IMG/VR virus record: IMGVR_UViG_3300048547_000554
Span: 1 to 46,164 of that record
From: a virus
Lineage: Duplodnaviria > Caudoviricetes
Strand: one strand, 5' to 3'
DNA length: 46,164 nucleotides
In this document: piece after piece, positions 8,167 to 17,550 of the stretch
How the letters are laid out: the number at the start of each line of letters is the position of its first letter
Position numbering within the stretch: position 1 is the stretch's first letter
The notes under the pieces: model-generated
What the model was told of the DNA's origin: nothing
Databases searched by the model: none
Seen by the model: only the letters and a program-made list of their open reading frames with translations
Position numbers and translations under genes: made by a program

Positions 8167-10896
8167 TTATGAATAAGATGTAAGCTGTCCTAAAACTACG
8201 TAAGCACCGCCTGATTGTGTAATACTGAAACTTACTATGTCAGTTCCACTTGTTGTTCCTGTTGGCGCACTACCACCTTGCCACAATATAGTTTGTGCTG
8301 CTCCACCTATTTGGACTGCTGTTGGAATATATGCTGTGCCGCCTTGTGTAAGTATTAGTGCGATCATTGTTCCGTGATCGTTTGTTAAACCTAAGTTAGT
8401 AAAGTTTGCAGTAAAATCTGCTGCAATACTTGCGTGTTTGAATATATGTCCATTAGCACAATCGTGAGCAACAGTTCCGGTTGCACCTGTTAAATTACTA
8501 AATCCTTCGATTACGCCTTTTTCAAACACTGCAATACCATTGGTTGTTGTAGTACCTGTAACTGTTAAGTTACTGCTGAGTGCTACATTACCGCTTATGT
8601 CTGCACTTGTAGCTTGTATATTATTGTCAACCACAAGATTATTTTGAACTGTTAAGTCGCTGCTCATTGTAACAGCAGGTGTTACTGTTATTCCACTACT
8701 GTCAGTTGTATCAATAATACTAGACGCTAAACTAAAGTTGCCAATGTTTCCAACCAAAGTACCTTGGAAGTTTGTTGCATATACATCACCGTCTACATCT
8801 AAGATACCGTTAGCAGGTACTTTACCAATACCAACTTTGTCTTCTCCAGAATCAACAAACACAAGCAATCCGTCATTAGAACCTTTTATGTTAAAATCAA
8901 TTCCTGCGTTACTGCTGGGGTTAATTACCATACCACTTTTTGCAAGTGAACTACCGTTTATTTCAAATATTTCTGTTAGTGTACCATTTACTCGTGTTGC
9001 CCACTTAACCTCACCGTTGTTGGCGTAATCGTCTGGCCCTGTTTTAAATGTAACTTTATTAAATTCGTTTGTGCCGTTTGAAGCAATTATACTACCAATG
9101 GTTTCGTCGTTGCCACTAACAACAGTTTTAAAAGTTAAGTTTTTGTTTGTGTCTAATTCAATGTTACCATTACCTGTGATATCATTTCCGTTGAGATCTA
9201 AACCACCTCCAAGTTGCGGAGTAGTATCTGTAACAATATCTCCTGCAGGTATATTAGTAAGGTTACCTGCATCAAGAGCAGGTAATGCTCCACTTAAATT
9301 TGCTGCTGGTATAGTATTGTTTACACCATCTACAAGCACTGTACTGTCATCTCCAAACACACTACCAGTGATATCACCGTCGTACTTGTCATCATTCCAA
9401 TGTCTAACAAAGATGTATTCGTCACCTAATGCACCTGCTTCTTTCCATCTTTCGATTTCATAGATATCAAATCTTCCAGTTTGAGTTTTAGGTACAGCTC
9501 CACCGGCCCAGTTAATAGTTTTTGAAACACCGTCTAGTTTTAATGCTGTCATTCCTACACCAGGTGATATATTATTGTTTACAACAATAATCCATTTATT
9601 ATATACAGAAGTAACAGTTGGTACGCTTGTAATATCTGCTGTAAAATTATTGTTTACATTTTCTAAAGTCCATCTACCAGATGATCCATACACTCCAGCA
9701 TCCAAATTAAATGTAACATCATCACCTTCAGAAATTGTCAAAGGTGTATCATACATATGACTGTTGAGTGTTACTCCAGGGCCAGTAGCAGCCAAACCTG
9801 CACGGAAAGTAATACTATGATCTATTTGATTTGTATTTTCCCATTTTTGTGATGAACTATCGTATGCTAATAGATAACCATTGATTGGTCCACTGTTTGC
9901 TTTAGTATCAACGTCTGGTAATGTTGAAAGACTATTACCAGCAGTTAAAAGATGAGCATACCAAGTTTCATCTGATCCGCCATCACCTCTAAAGCAATAT
10001 ATTTCATATACATCATATATATCTTCTCCACTTACTGATGGCAAAGATCCGTTTATCCAGTTTACTGTTTGTGTTGATCCAAATCTTTTTATTCCAGAAA
10101 TACTACCTTTAGTGGCACCAGATGTATTATCGATTATAATTCTAAAATACGACGATGTGTTGATGTTTGTTGGTCCTGGAGTTAGGTTAGCAACAAAGTC
10201 TGTACCCGGATTATTTACTTGCCATTCAATTCCTGCATCGGTTCCGGAAGTTGTTGGAAAATCTACTGTATCTCCTGAACTTATTGAACCAATTGTAATT
10301 AAAGCATTTCTATATTCAATATAGCGATTTGTACGGAATCCCGATAAGAAAGATGTTGCACTTGAATTAAAGTCCCAAGTGTTTATCCAAGCCGAACCGT
10401 TCCATTGTAAATGTTGGCCGGCACTAGCACCTGATACACTAGTAGTTAGATAGCCTGAATCATTTGTCCATTGCGAAATGTTACCTGTTTTATTAGTAAG
10501 TGCATTAGATGAACTACCTGTCATAAAACCAGTGTTGCTATTATTGTAGTTTGCAAGATCAGTATCAATAGCAGCAGTAATATTGTCACCTGCGACGGTT
10601 AAGGTGACATTTGTTCCTGCTACAAGAGTTACTGAATCGTTTGTTGAATCACTGCCAGTGAGTGTGATATTTGCATCACTACCACTTGCTGTTGTTCCGA
10701 ATGTATATGTAGTATTAGCATCTCCATCTACTGCATCGGGTGTAAAATACGACAGGCTGGTCCAGGCAGTACTGCCATTTCCTATTTTCATATACCCTGT
10801 ATCTGTTTCATACGCCAATTCACCATCACTGAGCGTTGGATTTGCACTCGTCCAGTTTGTTGCCGTGTCTCTTCTAACTTGTAATTTTGTCGCCAT
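8167..10896 (-). CDS. Tail fibre protein with Mtd_N/hyaluronidase-type N-terminal module
   Basis: LQVRRDTATNWTSANPTLSDGELAYETDTGYMKIGNG; DTTPQLGG motif; Gly/Thr/Ser-rich. Confidence 0.8.
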   Translation of the reverse strand: MATKLQVRRDTATNWTSANPTLSDGELAYETDTGYMKIGNGSTAWTSLSYFTPDAVDGDANTTYTFGTTASGSDANITLTGSDSTNDSVTLVAGTNVTLTVAGDNITAAIDTDLANYNNSNTGFMTGSSSNALTNKTGNISQWTNDSGYLTTSVSGASAGQHLQWNGSAWINTWDFNSSATSFLSGFRTNRYIEYRNALITIGSISSGDTVDFPTTSGTDAGIEWQVNNPGTDFVANLTPGPTNINTSSYFRIIIDNTSGATKGSISGIKRFGSTQTVNWINGSLPSVSGEDIYDVYEIYCFRGDGGSDETWYAHLLTAGNSLSTLPDVDTKANSGPINGYLLAYDSSSQKWENTNQIDHSITFRAGLAATGPGVTLNSHMYDTPLTISEGDDVTFNLDAGVYGSSGRWTLENVNNNFTADITSVPTVTSVYNKWIIVVNNNISPGVGMTALKLDGVSKTINWAGGAVPKTQTGRFDIYEIERWKEAGALGDEYIFVRHWNDDKYDGDITGSVFGDDSTVLVDGVNNTIPAANLSGALPALDAGNLTNIPAGDIVTDTTPQLGGGLDLNGNDITGNGNIELDTNKNLTFKTVVSGNDETIGSIIASNGTNEFNKVTFKTGPDDYANNGEVKWATRVNGTLTEIFEINGSSLAKSGMVINPSSNAGIDFNIKGSNDGLLVFVDSGEDKVGIGKVPANGILDVDGDVYATNFQGTLVGNIGNFSLASSIIDTTDSSGITVTPAVTMSSDLTVQNNLVVDNNIQATSADISGNVALSSNLTVTGTTTTNGIAVFEKGVIEGFSNLTGATGTVAHDCANGHIFKHASIAADFTANFTNLGLTNDHGTMIALILTQGGTAYIPTAVQIGGAAQTILWQGGSAPTGTTSGTDIVSFSITQSGGAYVVLGQLTSYS

Positions 10897-12173
10897 TATG
10901 CGCTTCCTCCGTCTAGGATTAAATCTCCATTTGTATATACCGCGGTTGCATTACCTCCGTCAATGATATAAACATCATTACCGTTTGTACCGTTGACCCA
11001 TTCACTTGCTGTGCTATCATAAATTAATGCTTGACCATTTTGTACACTAGTAATATTTACACTATCTACAGTATCTGTAATGCCGTAACCGGCTACTGTT
11101 GTTGGTTTTCCTGTTAAATCGGCAAAACTAGCATTGAATGTGGAAACTGGTGTTCCACCAATTGTACTGCCAGTTGGTAGTTCTACAATGCCACCTGATC
11201 CAGATGATATTGTAGATGTGCCTAAATATATTGTATTGCCGCTTAGATACAAATCTTTGAATCTAGCACTTGCACTACCGAGATCGTATGCCTCGTTAGT
11301 ATCAGGTGTTAATGTGCCAGTAACCGTACCCGCAATCGTTGTTATGTATGAGCTATTATCATAACTCCAAGTACCTGACCCGTCGTTCTTTAAAAATCCT
11401 GTGCCGTCTGCAATGTTAGAAACTGTTGCAGCCGTGAATACTGGATCAGTTTCTGTTTGTAAATAACGTCCATCTAAACTAACAGTTAAGTCCGCTAATG
11501 AGCCTGTACGACCTAGTGTAAGTGTACCGCCTGAAAACCCAACTGTGTCTACATAATCATTAGTATCAGTATCATCTAGTAATGCACTAAAGTCTACAGT
11601 AAATGTACTTGCGTCATCTCTGCTAAATGTTGCTATACCGGTTCCTGCATTCAATGTACCCGATGTCAGTCGTGCCAGATTAGTATCATCTAAATATAAA
11701 CTCAAATCTATAGTATTAGCTGTACCAGCTTCGTCTGTATATGTTAGTACATTAGCATTTATTGACAAACTTGTTAATGTTTCTTCTGCAGAAATATCAG
11801 GTGGTGTATAGACAAATTGACCTGTACTATCGTCGTATGCAACACCTCCTGTACCACTTGCACTTGCATTTGAGCCTATACTAATATCTGTTAACTCTAT
11901 TTTGTTACTACTATCTGCAGGTGTAAATGTAAATGTAGAAGTACCTGCTGCAAATGATAACGAACCGTTTCCGGATGGTGAATTTGTTGTGATACTAATA
12001 TCGTCAAAACTACCTTTGATTGCATAAGCCAATGCAGTCCAAGCAGTTGTACCGTCACCTACTTTAATAAACCCAGTGTCTGTTTCGTAGCCTTGTTCAC
12101 CAGCTGCTAAAACTGTATTTGCTGCTGTCCACTGAGCCGCTGTACCTCTTCTTATTTGTAATGTTACTGCCAT
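10896..12173 (-). CDS. Tail fibre protein, second copy of the Mtd_N-type N-terminus
   Basis: LQIRRGTAAQWTAANTVLAAGEQGYETDTGFIKVGDG; YDLGSASARFKDLYLSG. Confidence 0.8.
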   Translation of the reverse strand: MAVTLQIRRGTAAQWTAANTVLAAGEQGYETDTGFIKVGDGTTAWTALAYAIKGSFDDISITTNSPSGNGSLSFAAGTSTFTFTPADSSNKIELTDISIGSNASASGTGGVAYDDSTGQFVYTPPDISAEETLTSLSINANVLTYTDEAGTANTIDLSLYLDDTNLARLTSGTLNAGTGIATFSRDDASTFTVDFSALLDDTDTNDYVDTVGFSGGTLTLGRTGSLADLTVSLDGRYLQTETDPVFTAATVSNIADGTGFLKNDGSGTWSYDNSSYITTIAGTVTGTLTPDTNEAYDLGSASARFKDLYLSGNTIYLGTSTISSGSGGIVELPTGSTIGGTPVSTFNASFADLTGKPTTVAGYGITDTVDSVNITSVQNGQALIYDSTASEWVNGTNGNDVYIIDGGNATAVYTNGDLILDGGSA

Positions 12174-14011
12174 TATGGAGCTCCTCCATCAAGTACCAAG
12201 TCACTACCGCTTGTGTAAACTTGTGGTGCTAATTGTATATCTTGCCATTCACCTGCTGCATTATTCCAAGCCATTAAAGCATTATTTGCAGGCGCTGTAA
12301 TATTGAATGTATCAAGATCATTTACTCCAAGATTGCTTAATGTACTACTACCAAAATCTAAGTTACCTGATCCAAAATTTACATCTCCTGCACCAAAGTT
12401 AATTGTTGTACCATTATCATACGTAATATTTTTACTTGCATCAATAGTAATTGCATTATTCAATACCATAGTATTTGTATTACTTACAGAAAAAACATTA
12501 ACACTATTGTTTGTTATATCGTATGAGTTAGATATCATATCAATATTATTGCTGTTGTCAACATTCATTACTTTTACACTGTTGTTTGTAATGTCATACG
12601 TGTTTGAAACAAATGATACATTGTTACTTGCGTCAATGGTTAATACATTGTTTAAATTATATGTGTTTGCTGTATATGTTACATTGTTACTGTTATCAAT
12701 TGTAAATGCATTGTTTATAGTAAAATCATTAGTGGTATCTATATCAAATGTATTTGTTGTCATTGTAACATTATTGCTGTTATCAATTGTTAGTGCGTTG
12801 TTTACAGTAAAATTATTTGTTGTGTCAATATCATAATTTGCAGTTGTCATTGTTACATTATTTGATATATCAACATTCATTGTTTGAATATTGTTATTTT
12901 CAATATTCCAAGTTGTAGATTCAATAGTAACTCTATCGCCGTTGTCTATGTTAATTGTATTTTGTATATTTGTAGAATTGCTGTTAAGTGTAACATTGTT
13001 ACTGTTATCAATTGTTAACACGTTGTTCATATTAATGCTTGTTGAATTAGTAATAAAGTTTTGACTAGCATCAATATTTAAAACATTTGTTGAAGAATTA
13101 TCAATAGTTACAGCAGAACCGCCGATTGTAACCTCTGTATTTGTTACATCTATTTCTACCAAGTTGTTAAAATTAATGTTGCCGTTTTGTTGTATTATAT
13201 TTCCATTAATTGTAACAACTTGTGCGCCACTTACAGTGACAGCTTCGTTAACACCTAATGTTGCTTGGTTAGTGTTATCTAACGTAAACAAATCGTTATA
13301 GTTAACAGTATTGTTTGCATTTATTATAAAAAATTCATTTATAGTAACATTGCCACTTGAGTCAATAGCAATTGCATCGTTAAGTCCCATATTAATATTA
13401 TTAGACAAATCTATACTAAAAATATTGTTTATGTTTGTAGCACCTGTTACTACTACATCGCCTGTAACTGCATTGATGTTAATATCGCCGTATGTCGGTC
13501 CTGCTAACACAATGTCTATATCATTATTGTTAAATGTTATTGCATTATCATTGGTTGGCGAAGATATTGAAGGAATATTTAATTCAGTAGTTGTGTTGTT
13601 AATTATAAGTTGATTATTTAAATTAATATTATCAGCAGTCATTACAATATCGTTGTTAACGGTTGTAATGTTAATGTCACCAGATGTTGAAACAATATTG
13701 ATTTCATTTTCTGCTGTCATATTGAGTTGATTAGCAATTGTCATAATTATGCTTTGATCAACATTTACAGTAAGGTTGTTGCTTAGATCAACTTGTAATT
13801 GTACTACAGTTTGATTACTGCTGTTTTGCAGATTAATATTTTGTGTTGTAGTTATTGTATTATCAATATCAACAGTAATAACGTTTTGTGTAATGCCAAT
13901 AAGCGTAAATACATTAGTAAAATTGCTGTTAATTTTTACAAAGGCATCACGAATACATTCGCCGTCTGTTGCGAGTTTTCCTGATCCTACATTTACTAAT
14001 TCAAAACTCAT
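12173..14011 (-). CDS. Asn/Ile/Thr-rich repetitive fibre or spike protein
   Basis: N-terminal DGECIRDAFVKINSNF fibre-type motif; repeated TIDNSNNVT units. Confidence 0.7.
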   Translation of the reverse strand: MSFELVNVGSGKLATDGECIRDAFVKINSNFTNVFTLIGITQNVITVDIDNTITTTQNINLQNSSNQTVVQLQVDLSNNLTVNVDQSIIMTIANQLNMTAENEINIVSTSGDINITTVNNDIVMTADNINLNNQLIINNTTTELNIPSISSPTNDNAITFNNNDIDIVLAGPTYGDININAVTGDVVVTGATNINNIFSIDLSNNINMGLNDAIAIDSSGNVTINEFFIINANNTVNYNDLFTLDNTNQATLGVNEAVTVSGAQVVTINGNIIQQNGNINFNNLVEIDVTNTEVTIGGSAVTIDNSSTNVLNIDASQNFITNSTSINMNNVLTIDNSNNVTLNSNSTNIQNTINIDNGDRVTIESTTWNIENNNIQTMNVDISNNVTMTTANYDIDTTNNFTVNNALTIDNSNNVTMTTNTFDIDTTNDFTINNAFTIDNSNNVTYTANTYNLNNVLTIDASNNVSFVSNTYDITNNSVKVMNVDNSNNIDMISNSYDITNNSVNVFSVSNTNTMVLNNAITIDASKNITYDNGTTINFGAGDVNFGSGNLDFGSSTLSNLGVNDLDTFNITAPANNALMAWNNAAGEWQDIQLAPQVYTSGSDLVLDGGAP

Positions 14012-14020
14012 TGTTATTCC

Positions 14021-14452
14021 TTAATGATTCATCTTAATACTATTAATTGTACCGCCTACCCAACGTGTGATATATGCACGTACCCAAGTGTAGTTGCCTA
14101 CAAAGTTATAAATTTTAATACTTGTTTCTGGCTCGTCATATTGTAGTTTGAATGGTACTATTTCGCTTTGCCATAATCCTGTGGTAGAAACACAAACAGG
14201 TTTATCACTTAAAACGGGAGTCCAATCTGTTCCGTCATTACAATTAGTATAGAACGGATCTTGTGGATCAACTCCGAGTGTTCCTTCTATTTCAATGATG
14301 CCTACAAAGTTTGTCAGTCTGACTTGAACAGTGTGTAAACCGTCATCTCGGCTATAATATCCGTCGCCTTTAAACTTATCACCCCTAATAGTTTGTTCAC
14401 TACTGTCTCCTGGGTGTGATTGTAATGATAATATTGTCTCACTGTTACTCAT
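14021..14452 (-). CDS. Hypothetical, probably structural, protein
   Basis: Shares HTV...G...IxGTL...W...FxGxYxxxR with the next gene; TAAATA box upstream. Confidence 0.7.
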   Translation of the reverse strand: MSNSETILSLQSHPGDSSEQTIRGDKFKGDGYYSRDDGLHTVQVRLTNFVGIIEIEGTLGVDPQDPFYTNCNDGTDWTPVLSDKPVCVSTTGLWQSEIVPFKLQYDEPETSIKIYNFVGNYTWVRAYITRWVGGTINSIKMNH

Positions 14453-14480
14453 ACTTATATTTATCCATACTGGTTTTTTA

Positions 14481-15290
14481 TTAGTTTCTCACCAAAATCT
14501 TTAACAACTTTTCTTCAGGATCTGTATCTGCTATAAAGCGCAAATACGAATAAACGCCTTTAAACACATTTAGCACAGGTCGAACTTCAGTGCCATCAAA
14601 TGCAATAGTGTCAATAGTGTACCAATCATTTGATCCGGTGACTTGATTATCTAAAGTTCCTTGTATTTCCACGTTTCCTATATATCCTTTATCATTGTAA
14701 GCATCGGTATAGAAAGCAACAGTATGTACAGCTTCGTTTTTATTAATTTTAGGTTGTGCAGTGATTCTGTTTGCATCGTCGTACCCAGCAATCCACGTTT
14801 CATTTGTGGGCAACCAGTTAATAACTTTGTTGCTACTGCGTATTGTAGGATGTGTACAATCATCTACATATATGTGTCCACAGGCATCAAAGCCTCTGTT
14901 GGTGTATGTGACTTCTCTTGTATCGCACGTTTCTAGTAGGTAGATTGTGTAGCTTAAATATTGCGACGGCAATGGCAATAAATCATTCTCGGTTATCGTT
15001 ACATAAAACAAACCTTTGGTTGCTTTAGTTGATCCGTCATCTAATATGGTTGCATCATAAAGCAATACTTGATCTTTCTCTTCATCAAATGCTTCAAATT
15101 TTACTACCTTACCGTTAATATCAATTGGCTTCTGATCAGCGTTGAGCATTCTAAATTGTACTTTATTGTCAACGCCCTTATATACTTTTACTTGTCTACT
15201 ATACACTGGTCTATACTCCACAATGAATCCTACATCGTTTGATACAACGTCAATTTGATTTTTGTATAAATATCTTGGTATTAGTTGCAT
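14481..15290 (-). CDS. Hypothetical, probably baseplate/structural protein; start more likely MQLIPRY at 15290
   Basis: AGGA precedes the ATG at 15290; the longer start at 15314 overlaps the TAAATA box. Confidence 0.7.
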   Translation of the reverse strand: MQLIPRYLYKNQIDVVSNDVGFIVEYRPVYSRQVKVYKGVDNKVQFRMLNADQKPIDINGKVVKFEAFDEEKDQVLLYDATILDDGSTKATKGLFYVTITENDLLPLPSQYLSYTIYLLETCDTREVTYTNRGFDACGHIYVDDCTHPTIRSSNKVINWLPTNETWIAGYDDANRITAQPKINKNEAVHTVAFYTDAYNDKGYIGNVEIQGTLDNQVTGSNDWYTIDTIAFDGTEVRPVLNVFKGVYSYLRFIADTDPEEKLLKILVRN

Positions 15291-15313
15291 AAAGGATCCT
15301 ATAACTATATACA

Positions 15314-15326
15314 TATTTATTAAATA
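15314..15326. promoter_or_regulatory. Back-to-back TAAATA boxes between divergent genes
   Basis: TATTTATTAAATA gives ATAAATA on - and TTAAATA on +. Confidence 0.5.
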
Positions 15327-15338
15327 TAATGAGAAAAA

Positions 15339-15704
15339 ATGTTATTGAAAGATATTGAAAAAAAATTTCCATATGTAAGTGTTGTTGCTTACGGTGGTAA
15401 CGAATATGTAGGTATCGTTTCAAATCAAGATACCTTTGTGACAACAATGTATGTTTTTAATAAATTAAAAACAGATCAAGAAAAAAAGTATTTTTTAGAA
15501 CTTGGTGAAGTTTGGTGGTGGGAATCAAACAGAATGATTCCAATTAATATATTTTTAAAATCAGAAATGTTACCTTTTAATTATTCAATGATGACTATGA
15601 ATACAAAAGATGTAAAAATATCTGTAGGCCCTTGTGTCAATTTAAATAATTTATCAAACAAAAGAATAAAAAGAAAAAGCGTACAAGTTTTAAGAAAACG
15701 CTAA
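15339..15704 (+). CDS. Hypothetical protein (121 aa)
   Basis: Only long ORF in the interval; overlaps the convergent mini-DnaE by 15 nt. Confidence 0.75.
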   Translation: MLLKDIEKKFPYVSVVAYGGNEYVGIVSNQDTFVTTMYVFNKLKTDQEKKYFLELGEVWWWESNRMIPINIFLKSEMLPFNYSMMTMNTKDVKISVGPCVNLNNLSNKRIKRKSVQVLRKR

Positions 15705-16250
15705 TTCACACAATAAATTGATATGTACTATAACACTCATTGCATAAGCAAATGCGTGTGCCTTCTTAAAGTAATATTCACCGTTGGTTGGTTTTATCCA
15801 AACGTCTTTTAAGATTTCTTCCCAACTTTGATTTGCCAAATGCCGCTTGGCAGGCCTTATAATCGCAAGGGTAGCAGCCAATTGTTCTACCGATGTGGGC
15901 TTCAATTGTTTCAACAGTTTGTCGTGTCCTGAGAGATGAAAAACTTTGTCTACGAAGTCTTTGTGCTCCAGAAGTTGCCATAGTGGTGTCCTTTCCATTA
16001 ATTCTGTTAGATGTTCCTCGTTGCGTATATCTTTGTAGATGCTTACATTAAGGAAGTCTAGTTTGAAGTAGCCACGTTCTTCCGCAGTCTTATGTTCAAT
16101 AGTACTTATGCCATCTATAGGATTATGCGGAATCTCTGTAGTGTAAACACCAGTGTTGTGCTTCTTGCCTGTATCTAGTTTTGCCACACGATGTTTTAGC
16201 TGTGATAGTATCACATCTCTGTCTGCAAAATCTATATCAATATCTGGCAT
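15690..16250 (-). CDS. Miniature DnaE-like catalytic module (186 aa), possibly one half of a split family-C polymerase
   Basis: MPDIDIDF, HNTGVY, GYFKLDFL, IIRP, YFKKAHAFAYA in DnaE order; GAGGAG RBS. Confidence 0.85.
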   Translation of the reverse strand: MPDIDIDFADRDVILSQLKHRVAKLDTGKKHNTGVYTTEIPHNPIDGISTIEHKTAEERGYFKLDFLNVSIYKDIRNEEHLTELMERTPLWQLLEHKDFVDKVFHLSGHDKLLKQLKPTSVEQLAATLAIIRPAKRHLANQSWEEILKDVWIKPTNGEYYFKKAHAFAYAMSVIVHINLLCELAFS

Positions 16251-16261
16251 TTATTTACTCC

Positions 16262-17005
16262 TCATAGTTTTGCTTCTTTCACAACTTGTTTTACAAGTTC
16301 AACATCTTTTGGCTGTCGTTTAAATCTTAATGCCCAGTGCTGAGGATCTAGTACATTGTTTAACATTCCTAATTGTTCGTCATTAAGTTCGTTTAAAACT
16401 TTTTTACCACTATTACAGTTTAGTACCAGCCAAGGAGAAATTTTACCATCTTTAATATCCCAGGTTATTCTATTTGTACTTGCATATAAAAAGTAGTGAT
16501 TATATGAACTATTTTTTTCTTTACTCCATTCAGCCATAGTATTTATTGAGCGTTCTAATGCGGTTTCAACTCCTTCTTTGCGAATAAGTTCAATTGCATA
16601 TTTTTCATACATTTCATCACGACACCAGTGATCAAGTTTTACATTACTAGTAACAACATAATCGATATATTTGTCAGGATACAAAGGACGCACGTTATTA
16701 ACAAAACTGCCAAACTTAACAAAAGCATTGTAAAATGATGACTTAACAAATTCTTCATATGTTTTATCTTTTTTATGTCCTGCACTTAATGTGTAAAATC
16801 TTTGAAATGCATAAAATCCTAGGGTAACACGTTTTTCATCTTTTTGTAGCCAGCGTCTTTTGGGCTCACACATATGCGCTAAGAGTGTGCTTTCTTTAAC
16901 ATAACTCTTATTACAATATTCACAAGTATATTTAGATGTCAACTTTTTCGTAACCGTATTCAAGGGCGAGTTGTTTAATTTCTTTTTTTGTAGATATTCT
17001 AGCAA
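16262..17005 (-). CDS. Hypothetical protein with an N-terminal C2H2/C2HC-like Zn finger; start probably the TTG near 16942
   Basis: YTCEYCNKSYVKESTLLAHMC. Confidence 0.7.
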   Translation of the reverse strand: MLEYLQKKKLNNSPLNTVTKKLTSKYTCEYCNKSYVKESTLLAHMCEPKRRWLQKDEKRVTLGFYAFQRFYTLSAGHKKDKTYEEFVKSSFYNAFVKFGSFVNNVRPLYPDKYIDYVVTSNVKLDHWCRDEMYEKYAIELIRKEGVETALERSINTMAEWSKEKNSSYNHYFLYASTNRITWDIKDGKISPWLVLNCNSGKKVLNELNDEQLGMLNNVLDPQHWALRFKRQPKDVELVKQVVKEAKL

Positions 17006-17402
17006 GGGTTTCTACCTCGTCCATTTTCATTTCAGGATATATGTTTGATAATAATTTTACTGCTTTGCTGCTGTCGTCTTTTTTCTTTTTGAGTCCAATC
17101 CAAGGATGAAACTGTTTCTTTCCTGTTTTACCTGCAACGCATAATAATTGCCATTGTAACTTCACGTGATTAGTACCGCCGAGCACATTCCAATTTTTGT
17201 TGTAGTATTCATTAACTTTAAACAATGCTAATGCGGTCTTTTCGTAATTGCCTTTTACACTACTAATATAACGGTTCAAGTTCCATAAGTCAAGTTTTAT
17301 ATCTTTCTTGCCATCTTCACTTGCTGCATCATACAACTCTTTAATGCCCATATCAATAGCAGGAATAAGTTCTTTAAAAAGATCTAATTCTTTATTTGGC
17401 AT
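16932..17402 (-). CDS. Probable clamp loader small subunit (T4 gp62-like)
   Basis: LNRYISS...VNEYYN...LQWQLL...KQFHPWI pattern resembles gp62 homologues; start reassigned to MPNKELDL. Confidence 0.5.
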   Translation of the reverse strand: MPNKELDLFKELIPAIDMGIKELYDAASEDGKKDIKLDLWNLNRYISSVKGNYEKTALALFKVNEYYNKNWNVLGGTNHVKLQWQLLCVAGKTGKKQFHPWIGLKKKKDDSSKAVKLLSNIYPEMKMDEVETLARISTKKEIKQLALEYGYEKVDI

Positions 17403-17550
17403 TTTTTGCTGGCGCTTTCTTTTTCTTTGAACCAAATGTATATACAATATCTTCAGTGATAGCACCCGCTTCACAAATTGTAATTTTATTATTTTTTAAC
17501 CATTGTTCGATTAATTTTTTATCTTCTTTAACAATTATTTCTTTAGCCAT
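17392..17550 (-). CDS. Small hypothetical protein (52 aa), absent from the ORF track
   Basis: MAKEIIVKEDKKLIEQWLKNNKITICEAGAITEDIVYTFGSKKKKAPAKNAK*; short overlaps with both neighbours. Confidence 0.6.
   Translation of the reverse strand: MAKEIIVKEDKKLIEQWLKNNKITICEAGAITEDIVYTFGSKKKKAPAKNAK

Noticed and set aside
8167-12173. Diversity-generating retroelement suggested by the Mtd_N-type domains
   Set aside because: No reverse transcriptase and no adenine-variable template/variable repeat pair seen; Mtd_N alone is a generic fibre module
12600-13030. CRISPR-like repeats
   Set aside because: Repeats are in frame, degenerate and irregularly spaced within a coding region
1-16250. The two DnaE-like ORFs as halves of one split or trans-spliced polymerase
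   Set aside because: Both contain the PDxDIDF motif, so they overlap rather than complement; no split-intein ends recognised
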